In this document: positions 10,299-20,405 of the stretch, one piece after another
Layout: each line of letters opens with the position of its first letter
Numbering within the stretch: position 1 is the stretch's first letter
NCBI GenBank assembly: GCA_965237675.1
Contig: OZ250150.1
Coordinates: forward strand, 896,001 to 960,000
Source of the DNA: Candidatus Latescibacterota bacterium
GTDB taxonomy: Bacteria > Latescibacterota > UBA2968 > GCA-2709665
Reading direction: 5' to 3'
DNA: 64,000 nucleotides
Position numbers and translations under genes: made by a program
Notes under the pieces: generated by a model
Told to the model about the DNA's origin: nothing
The model's input: the letters and a program-made list of their open reading frames with translations, nothing else
Databases searched by the model: none

Positions 10299-11573
10299 AT
10301 GGGCGCATTTGAAATTGACGTAACTCGGAACGTCCATATTTCCGCACCCACGGGTGCCGCGGTGTACGCGACGCCGACGTACGCGCGGGCATTCGGTGTG
10401 GAAATGATCGAGGATGTGCAGTATGCGGCAATGCACGTCAAACCCGATGGGTCGCCGCACTATTATGCAAAGCGGATTTACAGGAGACGTTCTCCGGATA
10501 ACGGACAGACGTGGACCGACGCCGAGGAACTGCATCGGACCGATCCTGAGGACGTTTCGGAGGTGCAGCGTCACGACCTGGCGACGATTCCGGATCCGGC
10601 GAATGATATCCTGATTTACCTGTATATGACTCACGAAGTGGACCTCAACGAGGGTCCGTTTACGAGGGGAAACCGGATCCAGCGGACACAGCGGACCTAC
10701 TACCGGTTGTCGCACGATGGCGGCCGCACGTGGACGGGCGCCCGGCAGGTGATAGACGAACGCGACCCATATGACGAAACGAACTGGGCGCCGTGTGTGG
10801 CATACGGAGTGCAGGGAGCCCGCTCGAGCGGACAGTGGGTGTTTTTGCCCGACGGAACGCTGGTGATCGGGTACGACGTTATGCAACCCGAGCAACCACC
10901 CGGTTTTCCGCCGGGGATATCGAGTTACTACATCAACACAATTTACGCACAGGCCCGTCTGGCCGCGGACAGACAGACGCTCAACTGGCGATTCGGGGAC
11001 ACGATTGAGGTGATGTACCCCAAATCGATGGTCGGGTGTTGCGAAGCGGCGCTGGCTTGGTTGGGCGGCGACCGGTTGTTCAATACGATGCGGTGCCAGG
11101 GAAACGCAGCGCACGGCATTCATTCCATTCGTTATACGACGATTTCTGAAGATGGAGGGTTGAACTGGACGGATCCCGCACCGCTGGTCTACGACGACGG
11201 CGGAACGGTCTGGACGCCGGCGTCACCCCATCGGTTCTTCCTGTCGTCGAAGACCGAAAGAACATACGTGCTGGCCAATATTCTCCCGGGTCCGGTTCAC
11301 GGGCAGACCCCGAGGTATCCGTTGTCGATAGCCGAATTTGATACGGATCGCCTATGCGTGTTGAGGGATACGGTGCAGGTTATTCAAGATCTGCCCGAAG
11401 GCGCGCCAGAGTCCAGGCGATACACGAATTTCTCAATGTATGAAGAGCGCGGTTCGGGCGATCTGATTTTGCAGATGCCGGAGCAACCGAAACACGTGGA
11501 ATTTGAAGCGATGACCAAACCCGAGGATTTTACGGCGGACTGTATTCGGTTTCGCATTGAAATCAGCGGATAA
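10299..11573 (+). CDS. Sialidase/BNR-repeat family protein
   Basis: Three Asp-boxes: SPDNGQTW, SHDGGRTW, SEDGGLNW. Confidence 0.8.
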   Translation: MGAFEIDVTRNVHISAPTGAAVYATPTYARAFGVEMIEDVQYAAMHVKPDGSPHYYAKRIYRRRSPDNGQTWTDAEELHRTDPEDVSEVQRHDLATIPDPANDILIYLYMTHEVDLNEGPFTRGNRIQRTQRTYYRLSHDGGRTWTGARQVIDERDPYDETNWAPCVAYGVQGARSSGQWVFLPDGTLVIGYDVMQPEQPPGFPPGISSYYINTIYAQARLAADRQTLNWRFGDTIEVMYPKSMVGCCEAALAWLGGDRLFNTMRCQGNAAHGIHSIRYTTISEDGGLNWTDPAPLVYDDGGTVWTPASPHRFFLSSKTERTYVLANILPGPVHGQTPRYPLSIAEFDTDRLCVLRDTVQVIQDLPEGAPESRRYTNFSMYEERGSGDLILQMPEQPKHVEFEAMTKPEDFTADCIRFRIEISG

Positions 11574-11661
11574 CGCAGACCCCTGGGAGCAACCCTTGGT
11601 GTTGACCGCCCACCGACGTGAGGCGAACCGGGGGTTTCGTGAAGTGACGGGAGAATACGAA

Positions 11662-14076
11662 ATGACGCGGATGGCAGACACCACGGAATTGAAGGCGCCG
11701 TTCTTGCCGGCGGAGGAGAATGAATTGAGCCGCCGCTACCTGCGGATGATCGAAAAATGGATTCCGGTGGGCATCGAGTATTTTCAGGAATGGCCGGACA
11801 GGCCGGATTGCGGGCATTTTTTCGGCGGGTGTCACTGGTATGGAAACGAGACGGCGCCGCCCGTGGAGACATTCGCCCTGGCGAGCGTCTCGCCGGAGTA
11901 CGATGAGAAAGGGGTTGGCGTATCCCGGGACGACCTTCAGCGCATGGCCATTATGGGATTGCGCTATCTTTGTTTCACACACGACTCCGGGCCGGCGGAT
12001 TGCGTGCGGCCCAGTGAGGGAATGGGGCGGCCGGAGATCTGTGGAACCAAGTGGGGGGAACGGGGGCTGGGGTTCTTCAAGGAAAGCCAGTGCGGCCACG
12101 GGATCGCGGCGCTGGGGCGGGTATGCCTGCTGTTGCGGGACCGGATCGACGACGAAACGTGGATGATGATGGCGCGGGTGCACGCGGACTATTCGGAACG
12201 GTTCGGGAATATGGCGCCGAAGAGCGGGATTTACGTGGATACGCAGATGGAAGAGAATGCCTGGACATCCAACGGATTGACCTCCTGCTATTTATTTCTT
12301 GAGCGCCACGAACAGGCCGCTCAATGGGAAGCCACGTGCAGGCGGTGGATGTATTCCACCTGCGCGGCGCCCCAGGATGCGAAGGACCGCGGCGCGATTG
12401 GCCAGACCACGGCAGGGGCGTTGGCGGGGAAGACGTTTACGGCGCTGCCGGATTACTGGGCGGAAAACCACGGGATGGTGCATCCGAATTACACGGGGTC
12501 CGGCGTCCGCCCGCTCACCGCGGCGGGAGCGCAATTGAAGTTGTGGGGGCGGGAACTGCCGCCGGAGTTGTTCTGGAACCGCCGCAGAGTATACGAAAAT
12601 TTGAAGGCGATGACCGACGGGTGGGGGTACGCCCAGGCCGTGCAGGGGATGGACTGGCACTATCTGCCCACGACCGGAAGCGAGACCCCGCATTCCGCGG
12701 CGGCTGTGTTCTTCGACGACCCGGACGCCGCCGCGCTTCTGCGAAGAGGGCTCCGGAACGCGGAACTGCGGCAGGATGGAAACGGGGGTCGGATGTACGA
12801 CAAGGAATTCTCCATGAGGGCGCACGACCAGCAGGATCCGATGATCATGCGGGAAGTCACCATCGGCGCCATCGCGCACCAGTATCTGTTTCACCGCTTG
12901 TTCGGCCCCGGCGCGAAACCCACCCCGGAAGATGAACTGGAACGGCGATTGGCCGGGGTGCGGGAGTATCCGCACGCGGGTTTCGTCCATCACCGGCATC
13001 CGAGAGGGCAAACCTCGTTTTCCTGGCGGAACTCCGTGATGGCGATGCCGCTGACGCGGGAGGGAATCTATACGATCGCGCCCTGTTCGGATAGCTGGCT
13101 GGGCAGGCCGGTGGTGAAGGGACGTCCGGACAGCCATCGACTGAAGCGGGTGCGGGTGACCGACTATGACGACGGATTTGCCGCCGCGATGGTCATGGAC
13201 CGGTGCCAGGAGTCGCTGCGGCAGCAGGTGTTATTCGCCAGTCTGCCCGATGGACGGGCGCTGTCCTACGAGCGGTTTACGGCCCTGGAGGATCTGACCG
13301 TGGAATCGCTCGACCAGGGATTCCTGCGGATCACCAATGAACATTTTCCGTTGCTCGAGCCGAACTGCAGAGGCGTCCGGACACTGTACCGCCCCGACGG
13401 GTCAATCGACTACAGGGGCTGGCTCGGCGATCGCGAGGAGGACGATATCCAGGATCGCCTCGGCAGGCCGGCATGGCTGAATATTGACAACCGGCTGGGC
13501 ATTGTGTTTTCGGGATCGGGCAACGCGGTTTATCTCAATCGGCACTATTACAAACCGTATCGCGCCATCGCGGATGATTTGACGCTGTCCCTTCAAGCAA
13601 AAGAAACGGCGTTGCGGGCGGGCGAGGAAGCCGGATCCCTGGCGGCGTTGCTGATTCCCGAGCAGGCCCACGAAGACACGGCTTCGAGTCACCTCGACGT
13701 CCTGACGGGGCCGGACCAGAGCGCCTGCCTCGTTTCAAACGGCTACCTCGCGGCGGCCAATTTCGCCACGGAACGCAGGGTGTGTGCGTTTGCGCAGGCC
13801 CGGCGGGAGGAAATCGTCGTTTACACGGGAGCGACGGCGGAAGTTCATGGAGATTCAGTACGATATGACGTGCCGCTCAACAGCGAGAGCGCCTGTATGC
13901 TCGGTGTGTCGCATACGCTGCGCGTGAAGGGCGACATACGGGTGGATGCCGCCCCGGACGGGGTGATCTATGTGACGAACACCGGTACAGATCAATTGGC
14001 GGTCGAGATTACAAGCGGGGAAGATGCGGGCGGGGAGCGGGCGATCGACGCCGGGCAGATCCTACGTATCGGATAA
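11662..14076 (+). CDS. Large hypothetical protein, polysaccharide-lyase-like; paralog of 3557-5971
   Basis: ATG 11662 after GGGAGA is preferred over the ORF-track start 11557; colinear similarity with 3557-5971 along the full length. Confidence 0.6.
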   Translation: MTRMADTTELKAPFLPAEENELSRRYLRMIEKWIPVGIEYFQEWPDRPDCGHFFGGCHWYGNETAPPVETFALASVSPEYDEKGVGVSRDDLQRMAIMGLRYLCFTHDSGPADCVRPSEGMGRPEICGTKWGERGLGFFKESQCGHGIAALGRVCLLLRDRIDDETWMMMARVHADYSERFGNMAPKSGIYVDTQMEENAWTSNGLTSCYLFLERHEQAAQWEATCRRWMYSTCAAPQDAKDRGAIGQTTAGALAGKTFTALPDYWAENHGMVHPNYTGSGVRPLTAAGAQLKLWGRELPPELFWNRRRVYENLKAMTDGWGYAQAVQGMDWHYLPTTGSETPHSAAAVFFDDPDAAALLRRGLRNAELRQDGNGGRMYDKEFSMRAHDQQDPMIMREVTIGAIAHQYLFHRLFGPGAKPTPEDELERRLAGVREYPHAGFVHHRHPRGQTSFSWRNSVMAMPLTREGIYTIAPCSDSWLGRPVVKGRPDSHRLKRVRVTDYDDGFAAAMVMDRCQESLRQQVLFASLPDGRALSYERFTALEDLTVESLDQGFLRITNEHFPLLEPNCRGVRTLYRPDGSIDYRGWLGDREEDDIQDRLGRPAWLNIDNRLGIVFSGSGNAVYLNRHYYKPYRAIADDLTLSLQAKETALRAGEEAGSLAALLIPEQAHEDTASSHLDVLTGPDQSACLVSNGYLAAANFATERRVCAFAQARREEIVVYTGATAEVHGDSVRYDVPLNSESACMLGVSHTLRVKGDIRVDAAPDGVIYVTNTGTDQLAVEITSGEDAGGERAIDAGQILRIG

Positions 14077-14094
14077 CGAATGACCGGAACCGTT

Positions 14095-14280
14095 CGTTAC
14101 GCTTGTCGAAATGCCCGTGTTTCGCTATCCGTTCGATGCCCTTTGACAGGCCCCGGGACCTCCTTCGCCGACCCTTCGACAAGCTCAGGGAGCGGCTCAG
14201 GGTGCAGGCCCATTGATGTTCGTTGCTTGCGTTGCCTGTGCTAAGCTTGTCGAAACGGCCTGTCGAAGCAAGCTTGACGA
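14095..14280. repeat. REP-like repeat cluster (CCTTCGACAAGCTCAGG family)
   Basis: CCTTCGCCGACCCTTCGACAAGCTCAGGGAGCGGCTCAGGG matches the reverse complement of 63525-63566; GCTTGTCGAAATGCCCG also occurs near 26825. Confidence 0.8.
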
Positions 14281-14377
14281 GGGACGGTATAATACCTCCC
14301 CTCCCCGCGCCGGGGAGGGGTCGCCGGCCGAATCTCGGCAATCTATTTCCGGGACAGAACACTGAGGAGGCATTTCC

Positions 14378-16912
14378 TTGACCGATCAATGGGTACTTCA
14401 GAATAGCGCCTTGATTTTGAGATGGGAGGGTGGGGATCTGCAGGTGGAGAATCGGCTTTCGGGTAAGTGCCGTTCGTTTGACTTTCCCGCATTCATGATC
14501 CGGCTGGGTGAAGTGGAGATTCCGGCGGACCGTTTTGTTCAGACCGGTATGCAGCCTGGCACGGATCAGATGATGTTTGACTATCGGCACGAAGCGACTG
14601 GAATTCGCGTCCAGGTGCGGTACTGGATCGATGGAGACAATCCCTGGTTCAGGAAACAGTTGACGCTTCAGGCGCCGGACAGTCCCAACGCGCCGACGCC
14701 GGACCGGCTATGGGTGGACATACAGGAACAACCTCCGCGGCCGATTCGACGGGTCGGATACGGCGTCCGCGGTGGGCCGGACGTGGAAGAACAGGCCGGG
14801 CTCGACACGTACGCCCCCCCGGTACCGGGATGCGGGTATCCGGTGTGGGCAGGAGACTGGTTCGCCGGCCTGGAACATCCGGTGGGGTTTACGGTTCCTG
14901 GAGAAAAGCTGGAGCTCTTTCACCACCCGGTGTGGGACGACGAAAGGCGAATTGAGAGTTACACCGCGGTCTACGGCGCGGCAGAGAGTCATGAGACCGT
15001 GCGAGACGCGTTTATGGACTATCTGTGGCAGATCCGCCTGCCCCGGCTGTCGAAGCCGATTTTCCATCTTTCCGTGGGATGGTCCGTGCGGTATCTCGGA
15101 AATCGGGAGTATATCGACTCGTTCGAAATGAACCAGGCCTACGCCGACGCGGTATCGGACCTGGGCCTGAAGCCCGACTCCCTGGCGTTTGACGCGGGGT
15201 GGTTCGACCGGAAGTCGATCTACCGGCATAAGGCAGACGACGAGAATGACTCGGGGTTTATCGCGTTTTCCGAAGATCTGAAACAGAAGGGGTTCTCGCT
15301 GGCATTATGGGTGACCCACAATGGGCCGGTGGGTTTTGACACCGATTGGATCCAGGAACAGGGTTGGCGGGTCGGCGAGGGACCCGGCTCCTACGGAAGC
15401 GGGACGTTTGTGGTGATGGCGCAACCGTCCTTCGAAGAAGCCCTGGCGCAGCGCTGGGAGCGGCTGGTGAAAGACGTGGGAGCCGTGCACCTGAAAATCG
15501 ACTGGGACAACGAGTGTGCCACCCATCCTGATTTCCGGGACCGTTTACCCACACCCGATCACATGCGAGAGGCTTCGGTAAACGCGTTCAATCGGATCGA
15601 TCGCCGGCTGCGGGCGGTTAATCCGGACCTGGTGACACGGAACGGGTGGTGGCCGAGCCCCTGGTGGTTGTGCCTGGCGAACCACACCTGGCTGGTTCAT
15701 TCGGGAGATTGTGAGTACGCATCGTGGCCGTCTCGAACCCAGCGAGACCGGGCCCTGACGCATCGGGACGCGGTTTATTATCAGATCATGCGCCGGGCGG
15801 AGACGCCCATCTTTTTCGACGCGTACGACAATCACGAATTCGTGCAGGCATTGACCAATGCGTTTGGAGACCCGGACCATACCTGGCTGGACAATCTTGT
15901 GCTGGCGGCCTGCCGCGGCACCACCTATATGCCGATGCCGGTGAATCCTGAAAGTCTGAGGGCGGAACGGGCTGAACAGCTTCAGTCAATGATGGACTGG
16001 ATGCGTTTCAACGCGGACGAACTGGGCACGAAGGGGACGCAGATGGTGCTGGGGAGTCCGGCCTTCGGCGAAGTCTATGGTTTTCTGCATCCGTCGGATG
16101 GAAGCGCGTGGCTCCTGCTGCGAAATCCCTCCGTCGAGCCGCAGGCGGTGGATCTTGGGGTGGACTACGGGTTGGGATATGTGCCGGACGCCATCCGACA
16201 GGTTTATCCTTTCTGGCAGGACCTGGAAGGGTCGGTGACGATGTTGGGGAACGAAGTACGTCTGCTGAAGATCTTCGCCGACACACAGGAGGACGTTTCT
16301 CCCATACCCGGCGCCCCGTTCATGGCGCGGCTGTGCGATGGCGGGTGTGAATACCTGTTTCCGGGAGACCGGCGGCTTGCGGACAACGTGGGGCCGGTGG
16401 TGCATCCGGATATGCAGATCAACGGTCTTTCCGCCGAGGCAACGTGCGACGACCTGAACGACGGGATGCACAGGATGCAATGGTACGTCGCGGTGCCCCA
16501 CCGATTCGAGCGTCCGGAGCTGCAGGTTGTTCTAGGCGGGCCGGAGAAGGTGCTGGATAGTGTGGACGTCCGCGCCGGCGGATCGCGGTACCGGGGTGTG
16601 CCCGGTTGTTACTCGTACGTGACCCAGCGCATCCACCGGCAGGCCCGCAGCGGCCACGGCACGTCCAGGTTCCTGCCCCCCGTGGGACCGAGGGAACGTG
16701 ACGACTATCTATTCAGCATTCACGACAGCGGATGGTCGTCCGTAACGGTGGATATTACGGGCGACGACCTTGAAGAACTGACGGTAAAGGCCTGGATCAC
16801 GGGGTACGAGGCGCCCGCCAGGCAGACGATTGTCCGGGACAGACCGCCGATGTCGGGCACGTTGCTACCGATGCATCCGTATGGGTTTTCGAGATGTCTT
16901 GAAATCAGGTGA
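14378..16912 (+). CDS. Hypothetical glycoside-hydrolase-like protein (alpha-galactosidase clan-D-like TIM barrel)
   Basis: 844-aa ORF, TTG start after GAGGAG; FDAGWF, LALW and HLKIDWD resemble GH27/36 motifs. Confidence 0.5.
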   Translation: MTDQWVLQNSALILRWEGGDLQVENRLSGKCRSFDFPAFMIRLGEVEIPADRFVQTGMQPGTDQMMFDYRHEATGIRVQVRYWIDGDNPWFRKQLTLQAPDSPNAPTPDRLWVDIQEQPPRPIRRVGYGVRGGPDVEEQAGLDTYAPPVPGCGYPVWAGDWFAGLEHPVGFTVPGEKLELFHHPVWDDERRIESYTAVYGAAESHETVRDAFMDYLWQIRLPRLSKPIFHLSVGWSVRYLGNREYIDSFEMNQAYADAVSDLGLKPDSLAFDAGWFDRKSIYRHKADDENDSGFIAFSEDLKQKGFSLALWVTHNGPVGFDTDWIQEQGWRVGEGPGSYGSGTFVVMAQPSFEEALAQRWERLVKDVGAVHLKIDWDNECATHPDFRDRLPTPDHMREASVNAFNRIDRRLRAVNPDLVTRNGWWPSPWWLCLANHTWLVHSGDCEYASWPSRTQRDRALTHRDAVYYQIMRRAETPIFFDAYDNHEFVQALTNAFGDPDHTWLDNLVLAACRGTTYMPMPVNPESLRAERAEQLQSMMDWMRFNADELGTKGTQMVLGSPAFGEVYGFLHPSDGSAWLLLRNPSVEPQAVDLGVDYGLGYVPDAIRQVYPFWQDLEGSVTMLGNEVRLLKIFADTQEDVSPIPGAPFMARLCDGGCEYLFPGDRRLADNVGPVVHPDMQINGLSAEATCDDLNDGMHRMQWYVAVPHRFERPELQVVLGGPEKVLDSVDVRAGGSRYRGVPGCYSYVTQRIHRQARSGHGTSRFLPPVGPRERDDYLFSIHDSGWSSVTVDITGDDLEELTVKAWITGYEAPARQTIVRDRPPMSGTLLPMHPYGFSRCLEIR

Positions 16913-17013
16913 GGCGGCGAGCGCAAACAGGCTGCGATCGCCCTTCCTGGCTTCGCTCTGCTTAGCAGCAACCCAAAAAGGTGAAAGCGAACCCGCAAGC
17001 CCGTTTGGCGGGC

Positions 17014-17120
17014 TAATCACTCCCCCCTTGAGGGGGGGGAGTCGTAGAAGCCGAGCCGACCCCCTGTGGCTTGTCCTGAACCTGTCGAAGGGCAGGCGAC
17101 GGCTGATGCGGTGGGGGATT
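17014..17120. repeat. Intergenic palindromic repeat with an embedded REP-like unit
   Basis: Hairpin ACTCCCCCCTTGAGGGGGGGAGT followed by CTGAACCTGTCGAAGGG. Confidence 0.55.
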
Positions 17121-17212
17121 TCAACGCCTTGCCGTATGCAAGCGGCATGAAAAAACATGAACGCATTTAGCGTAGAAGTCTTACTGCAAGACTCCAAAAA
17201 GGAGGCTGAGAG

Positions 17213-18091
17213 ATGGCGTTGAGACACGATGCCGAACGGGGCGTGTGGCACTTTGAAACTGAGCAGATGACGGGACACATACAGCCGGACGGGGACCGGC
17301 ATGGGATCAAGGAGTTGACCCATAAGCCCACCGGGGAGCAGGTGGTGCATCCGAAGTACGACCTCCTGAATCTGTTTTTCATGTTTTCACAGAATCACTG
17401 TATGGGGCAGGCTCGTGAGAACGAGCGCACCATTACATCCGAGGGCAATGCGATCGACGTGCACTGGGCGCCAACGGACGATCACAAGGCGGAGATGACG
17501 GCCAGGTACGAAGTTGTCGAACCGAACGCGGTGGACATGTCGATAACCGTGGCGTCCAACTGGCCGTACCCGGCTTATGAAGTGTTTTTGTCGAACTATT
17601 TCGATCTGTCGCTGAGGCCGTACGTGTATGTTCAGGGCAGTCCGTTCGATATTCCGGCAGACCAGGCGCGTTGGATAGCGCCGGAGGTGAACGACGTATT
17701 TGTGGGAACGGGACTGGTATTCTCGAGGGATCAACACGCGGCCAGGCGGTCTACCGACGGGCGATGGGACCGAATCTGGGGCCTCTACCAGTGGAATCCC
17801 CAGCGTTATTTCGAATTGCCGATGATCATGAGCGCGAACCTTGAAAAGGGCGTTGCGGGCGTTCTGATGTCCAGGCCTCAGGATTGTTACGCGGTGATCA
17901 GCGGGTACCAGAGCGAGAACATGAAAGATCCGTTCAGGGATCAGAACCCCCTCTACCTCTCGTTGTTCGGGGATGATTTCCGTGTTGGCGATGAACGGAC
18001 CGTGGAGGTGCGGTTCGCCGTCACCGAAATCGATGAATCGATGGCGCAGCCCCTGGCGTTATACGAAGCGTTCATGGAAGCAAAGGGGTAG
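17213..18091 (+). CDS. Hypothetical protein (possibly galactose-mutarotase-like beta-sandwich)
   Basis: 292-aa ORF with AGGAGG RBS and host-like codon use. Confidence 0.65.
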   Translation: MALRHDAERGVWHFETEQMTGHIQPDGDRHGIKELTHKPTGEQVVHPKYDLLNLFFMFSQNHCMGQARENERTITSEGNAIDVHWAPTDDHKAEMTARYEVVEPNAVDMSITVASNWPYPAYEVFLSNYFDLSLRPYVYVQGSPFDIPADQARWIAPEVNDVFVGTGLVFSRDQHAARRSTDGRWDRIWGLYQWNPQRYFELPMIMSANLEKGVAGVLMSRPQDCYAVISGYQSENMKDPFRDQNPLYLSLFGDDFRVGDERTVEVRFAVTEIDESMAQPLALYEAFMEAKG

Positions 18092-18239
18092 GCGCGGTCG
18101 CGCAGAATACGGGGGCAATCCTCGCCTCTCCCTTCGCCGACCTGCGTCCGACGGGGGACAAGGGCGTCTTTTCAGTACGAGAATGTGCCTGCAGTCATAC
18201 ATATTTGGCCGCAACTCAATGAATCCAACGCCCAGGATC

Positions 18240-18385
18240 CGGAAAATTGATGCCGCACCCACCGTCGCCCGTCCGCCGTATCAGCGCTACTGCGGTGGGC
18301 AGACGCCCGAACCTGAGCCAATATCGCAGCCAGATTTCCCTTGCCTGGGAACGAGAAAATGCCGTTTTTTCTTCCAATCCTATCG
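18240..18385 (+). repeat. Degenerate copy of repeat family A (MITE-like)
   Basis: GCAGACGCCCGAACCTG...GCCAGATTTCCCTTGCCTGGGAACGAGAAAATGCCGTTTTTTCTTC aligns with 45100-45173. Confidence 0.7.
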
Positions 18386-18413
18386 TCCACCGTCAAGAAG
18401 CGAGTAAAGCAAA

Positions 18414-20405
18414 GTGAGAGAATCATCGAAGCGGGGAATGAGCGTCGGCGGCGTTGATCCGTCGATTCTTCGAGAGCTTTCCGGCGTCTACAAGCCATTT
18501 ATCAAAGCATTCAAGGAACTCGTCAGCAACGCGTACGACGCCGACGCGGCCGATGTTTCAATCGAGTTTGCGGACGACTTCACGTCTGCGACCATTGCGG
18601 ATGACGGCAACGGGATGAGTCCGTTTGAGTTTCGATCCGACTTCACGCGGATCGGCGGCAGCAGCAGCAGATGGTCAAAGGGAACGACGCCCCAGAAAAA
18701 GCGAAGCCGCATTGGGAACAAGGGCATAGGCTTCCTTGCACTTGCTCGCTACTGCAATCGGATGGTCGTTACTTCGAGCAGTCCTCGTCAGTTCAAACAA
18801 GAACACTCGGTCGAGACGACGTCACCTTCCATCGACGTCGTCAGCGCTCTCGGAGTACCAATTAGCCCGCAGTTACTCAGCAAAGTGTGTAGGTTTGTCG
18901 TAACGCAATCTGGAAAACGATCGAAGATTGCCGCTACCAACTACGAGTTGAATGCGAATACTGGTCGCCTTGCCTTCAAGGAGGACTTTGGTCCTGTCGA
19001 CATCGCAATTACGATCGACTGCAACAGCTTGGGTTTCCAAGCGACTCTGGACTTTGATCGCTTGCTCAAGCTTGCGGATTCTGCCGACCTCGAAAGGCTG
19101 TCCGATTTCACGTTGATCGAAGTTCGCGAGCTGCCACGGAAGTCAAAGTCCGGAACAACGGTCGCGATAGAAGGATTGAAGTCGTTTGTCAAACGCGAAC
19201 TCAAAGCAGATCGCCGGAAGGGCTTCGTTCGAAATGTTGCGAGTCGTAGCGGGTTTGAACAGGTCGCGTGGCACTTGTCTCGTTGCACGCCAATCGGCTA
19301 CGCGAAGGCACCAGATCAAGCTGAATATCTTGAAGCCCTCTTGGAGGATGCGGCGCCACCGACGCTGGACAAACTGACACTTCGACACGGCAAGACGGAG
19401 AGCGAGTTGACGCGCCCTCTCTATCCGTTCGAGCCGGACGCAGCGACGCTACACAAGGACATGATCACGGAGGTGGACATCAACGAGGGTGGTTTTGTCG
19501 CGAAGGGGTTTGTTCACGGCTACGAAAGCGTCGTGTTCCCATCCGAGTATCGAGGCGTTTCGATAAGGGTGCGTGGTGTCTCCATCGGCGACCCGACGTT
19601 TCTCGGTGCAGAATTCCTCCTAACGGGAGCACATAAGGCCGCGTTGAGCCAGATCACTGGCGAGATAAATGTGCTGAGCGGCATGGACGCGATGGATGCA
19701 ATCAATCCAGGTCGTGAAGGTTTCTATGAAGAGAGTGGTGATTTTCTCGCCCTGCGTAGGTATTTCCGTGGCGACGGTGAAAAGGTTGGCGGCTATCTCG
19801 GCAGAACGATCGACGCCGTCTTGAAACGAAGCCAAGCGAGATCGTCACTCAACAGCACCTTGAGTCGTGCGGCATACATGCGGCGTGCGATGGACGATGT
19901 GTCGGCGGGGATAACACACCTGATGTCCGAGGGAGGAAAAGAAGCGAGCGCGATACGTGAGATGCTCAAGTCGAACAAATCGCACCCGAACGGGTTGGCA
20001 TCCGCGAAGCCGGCAGGATTTGACGTTCCCAACAAAGTGGCCGGAATGGCGGTCAATCAGGCGAGACGTCAATCGGAAGCAGCAGCGATCGACTATGAGA
20101 AAGCACAGGTAACAATCGACGTATCTCGCCCTGAATGGGATAACGCGCTCGTGTTGTTCAAACGGCGGTTCGACGTCATCCACAAGCAGGGCACGGCGAT
20201 TCAACCGATCGCTGAAATCGACTTCAACCAGGACCGTATTCTCGTCAATTGGGGCCACGCTGCAAAGTCGCAGATGGACGAGCGGGGATTCCTGCGGACT
20301 GCCCTAGCATGGGTGCTGGCACGGACAGCAGCCGATGGCGACGCCGATCAGATGATGGAAATGGCCATAACATTGTTATCTTTCACTACGCAGCCCAATG
20401 ACTAA
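18414..20405 (+). CDS. GHKL (MORC/Hsp90-like) ATPase 1
   Basis: KELVSNAYDADA (N box), DDGNGMS (G1), IGNKGIGF (G2), S5-like RVRGVSIG...ITGEI...NPGREGF; start may be ATG 18438. Confidence 0.88.
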   Translation: MRESSKRGMSVGGVDPSILRELSGVYKPFIKAFKELVSNAYDADAADVSIEFADDFTSATIADDGNGMSPFEFRSDFTRIGGSSSRWSKGTTPQKKRSRIGNKGIGFLALARYCNRMVVTSSSPRQFKQEHSVETTSPSIDVVSALGVPISPQLLSKVCRFVVTQSGKRSKIAATNYELNANTGRLAFKEDFGPVDIAITIDCNSLGFQATLDFDRLLKLADSADLERLSDFTLIEVRELPRKSKSGTTVAIEGLKSFVKRELKADRRKGFVRNVASRSGFEQVAWHLSRCTPIGYAKAPDQAEYLEALLEDAAPPTLDKLTLRHGKTESELTRPLYPFEPDAATLHKDMITEVDINEGGFVAKGFVHGYESVVFPSEYRGVSIRVRGVSIGDPTFLGAEFLLTGAHKAALSQITGEINVLSGMDAMDAINPGREGFYEESGDFLALRRYFRGDGEKVGGYLGRTIDAVLKRSQARSSLNSTLSRAAYMRRAMDDVSAGITHLMSEGGKEASAIREMLKSNKSHPNGLASAKPAGFDVPNKVAGMAVNQARRQSEAAAIDYEKAQVTIDVSRPEWDNALVLFKRRFDVIHKQGTAIQPIAEIDFNQDRILVNWGHAAKSQMDERGFLRTALAWVLARTAADGDADQMMEMAITLLSFTTQPND

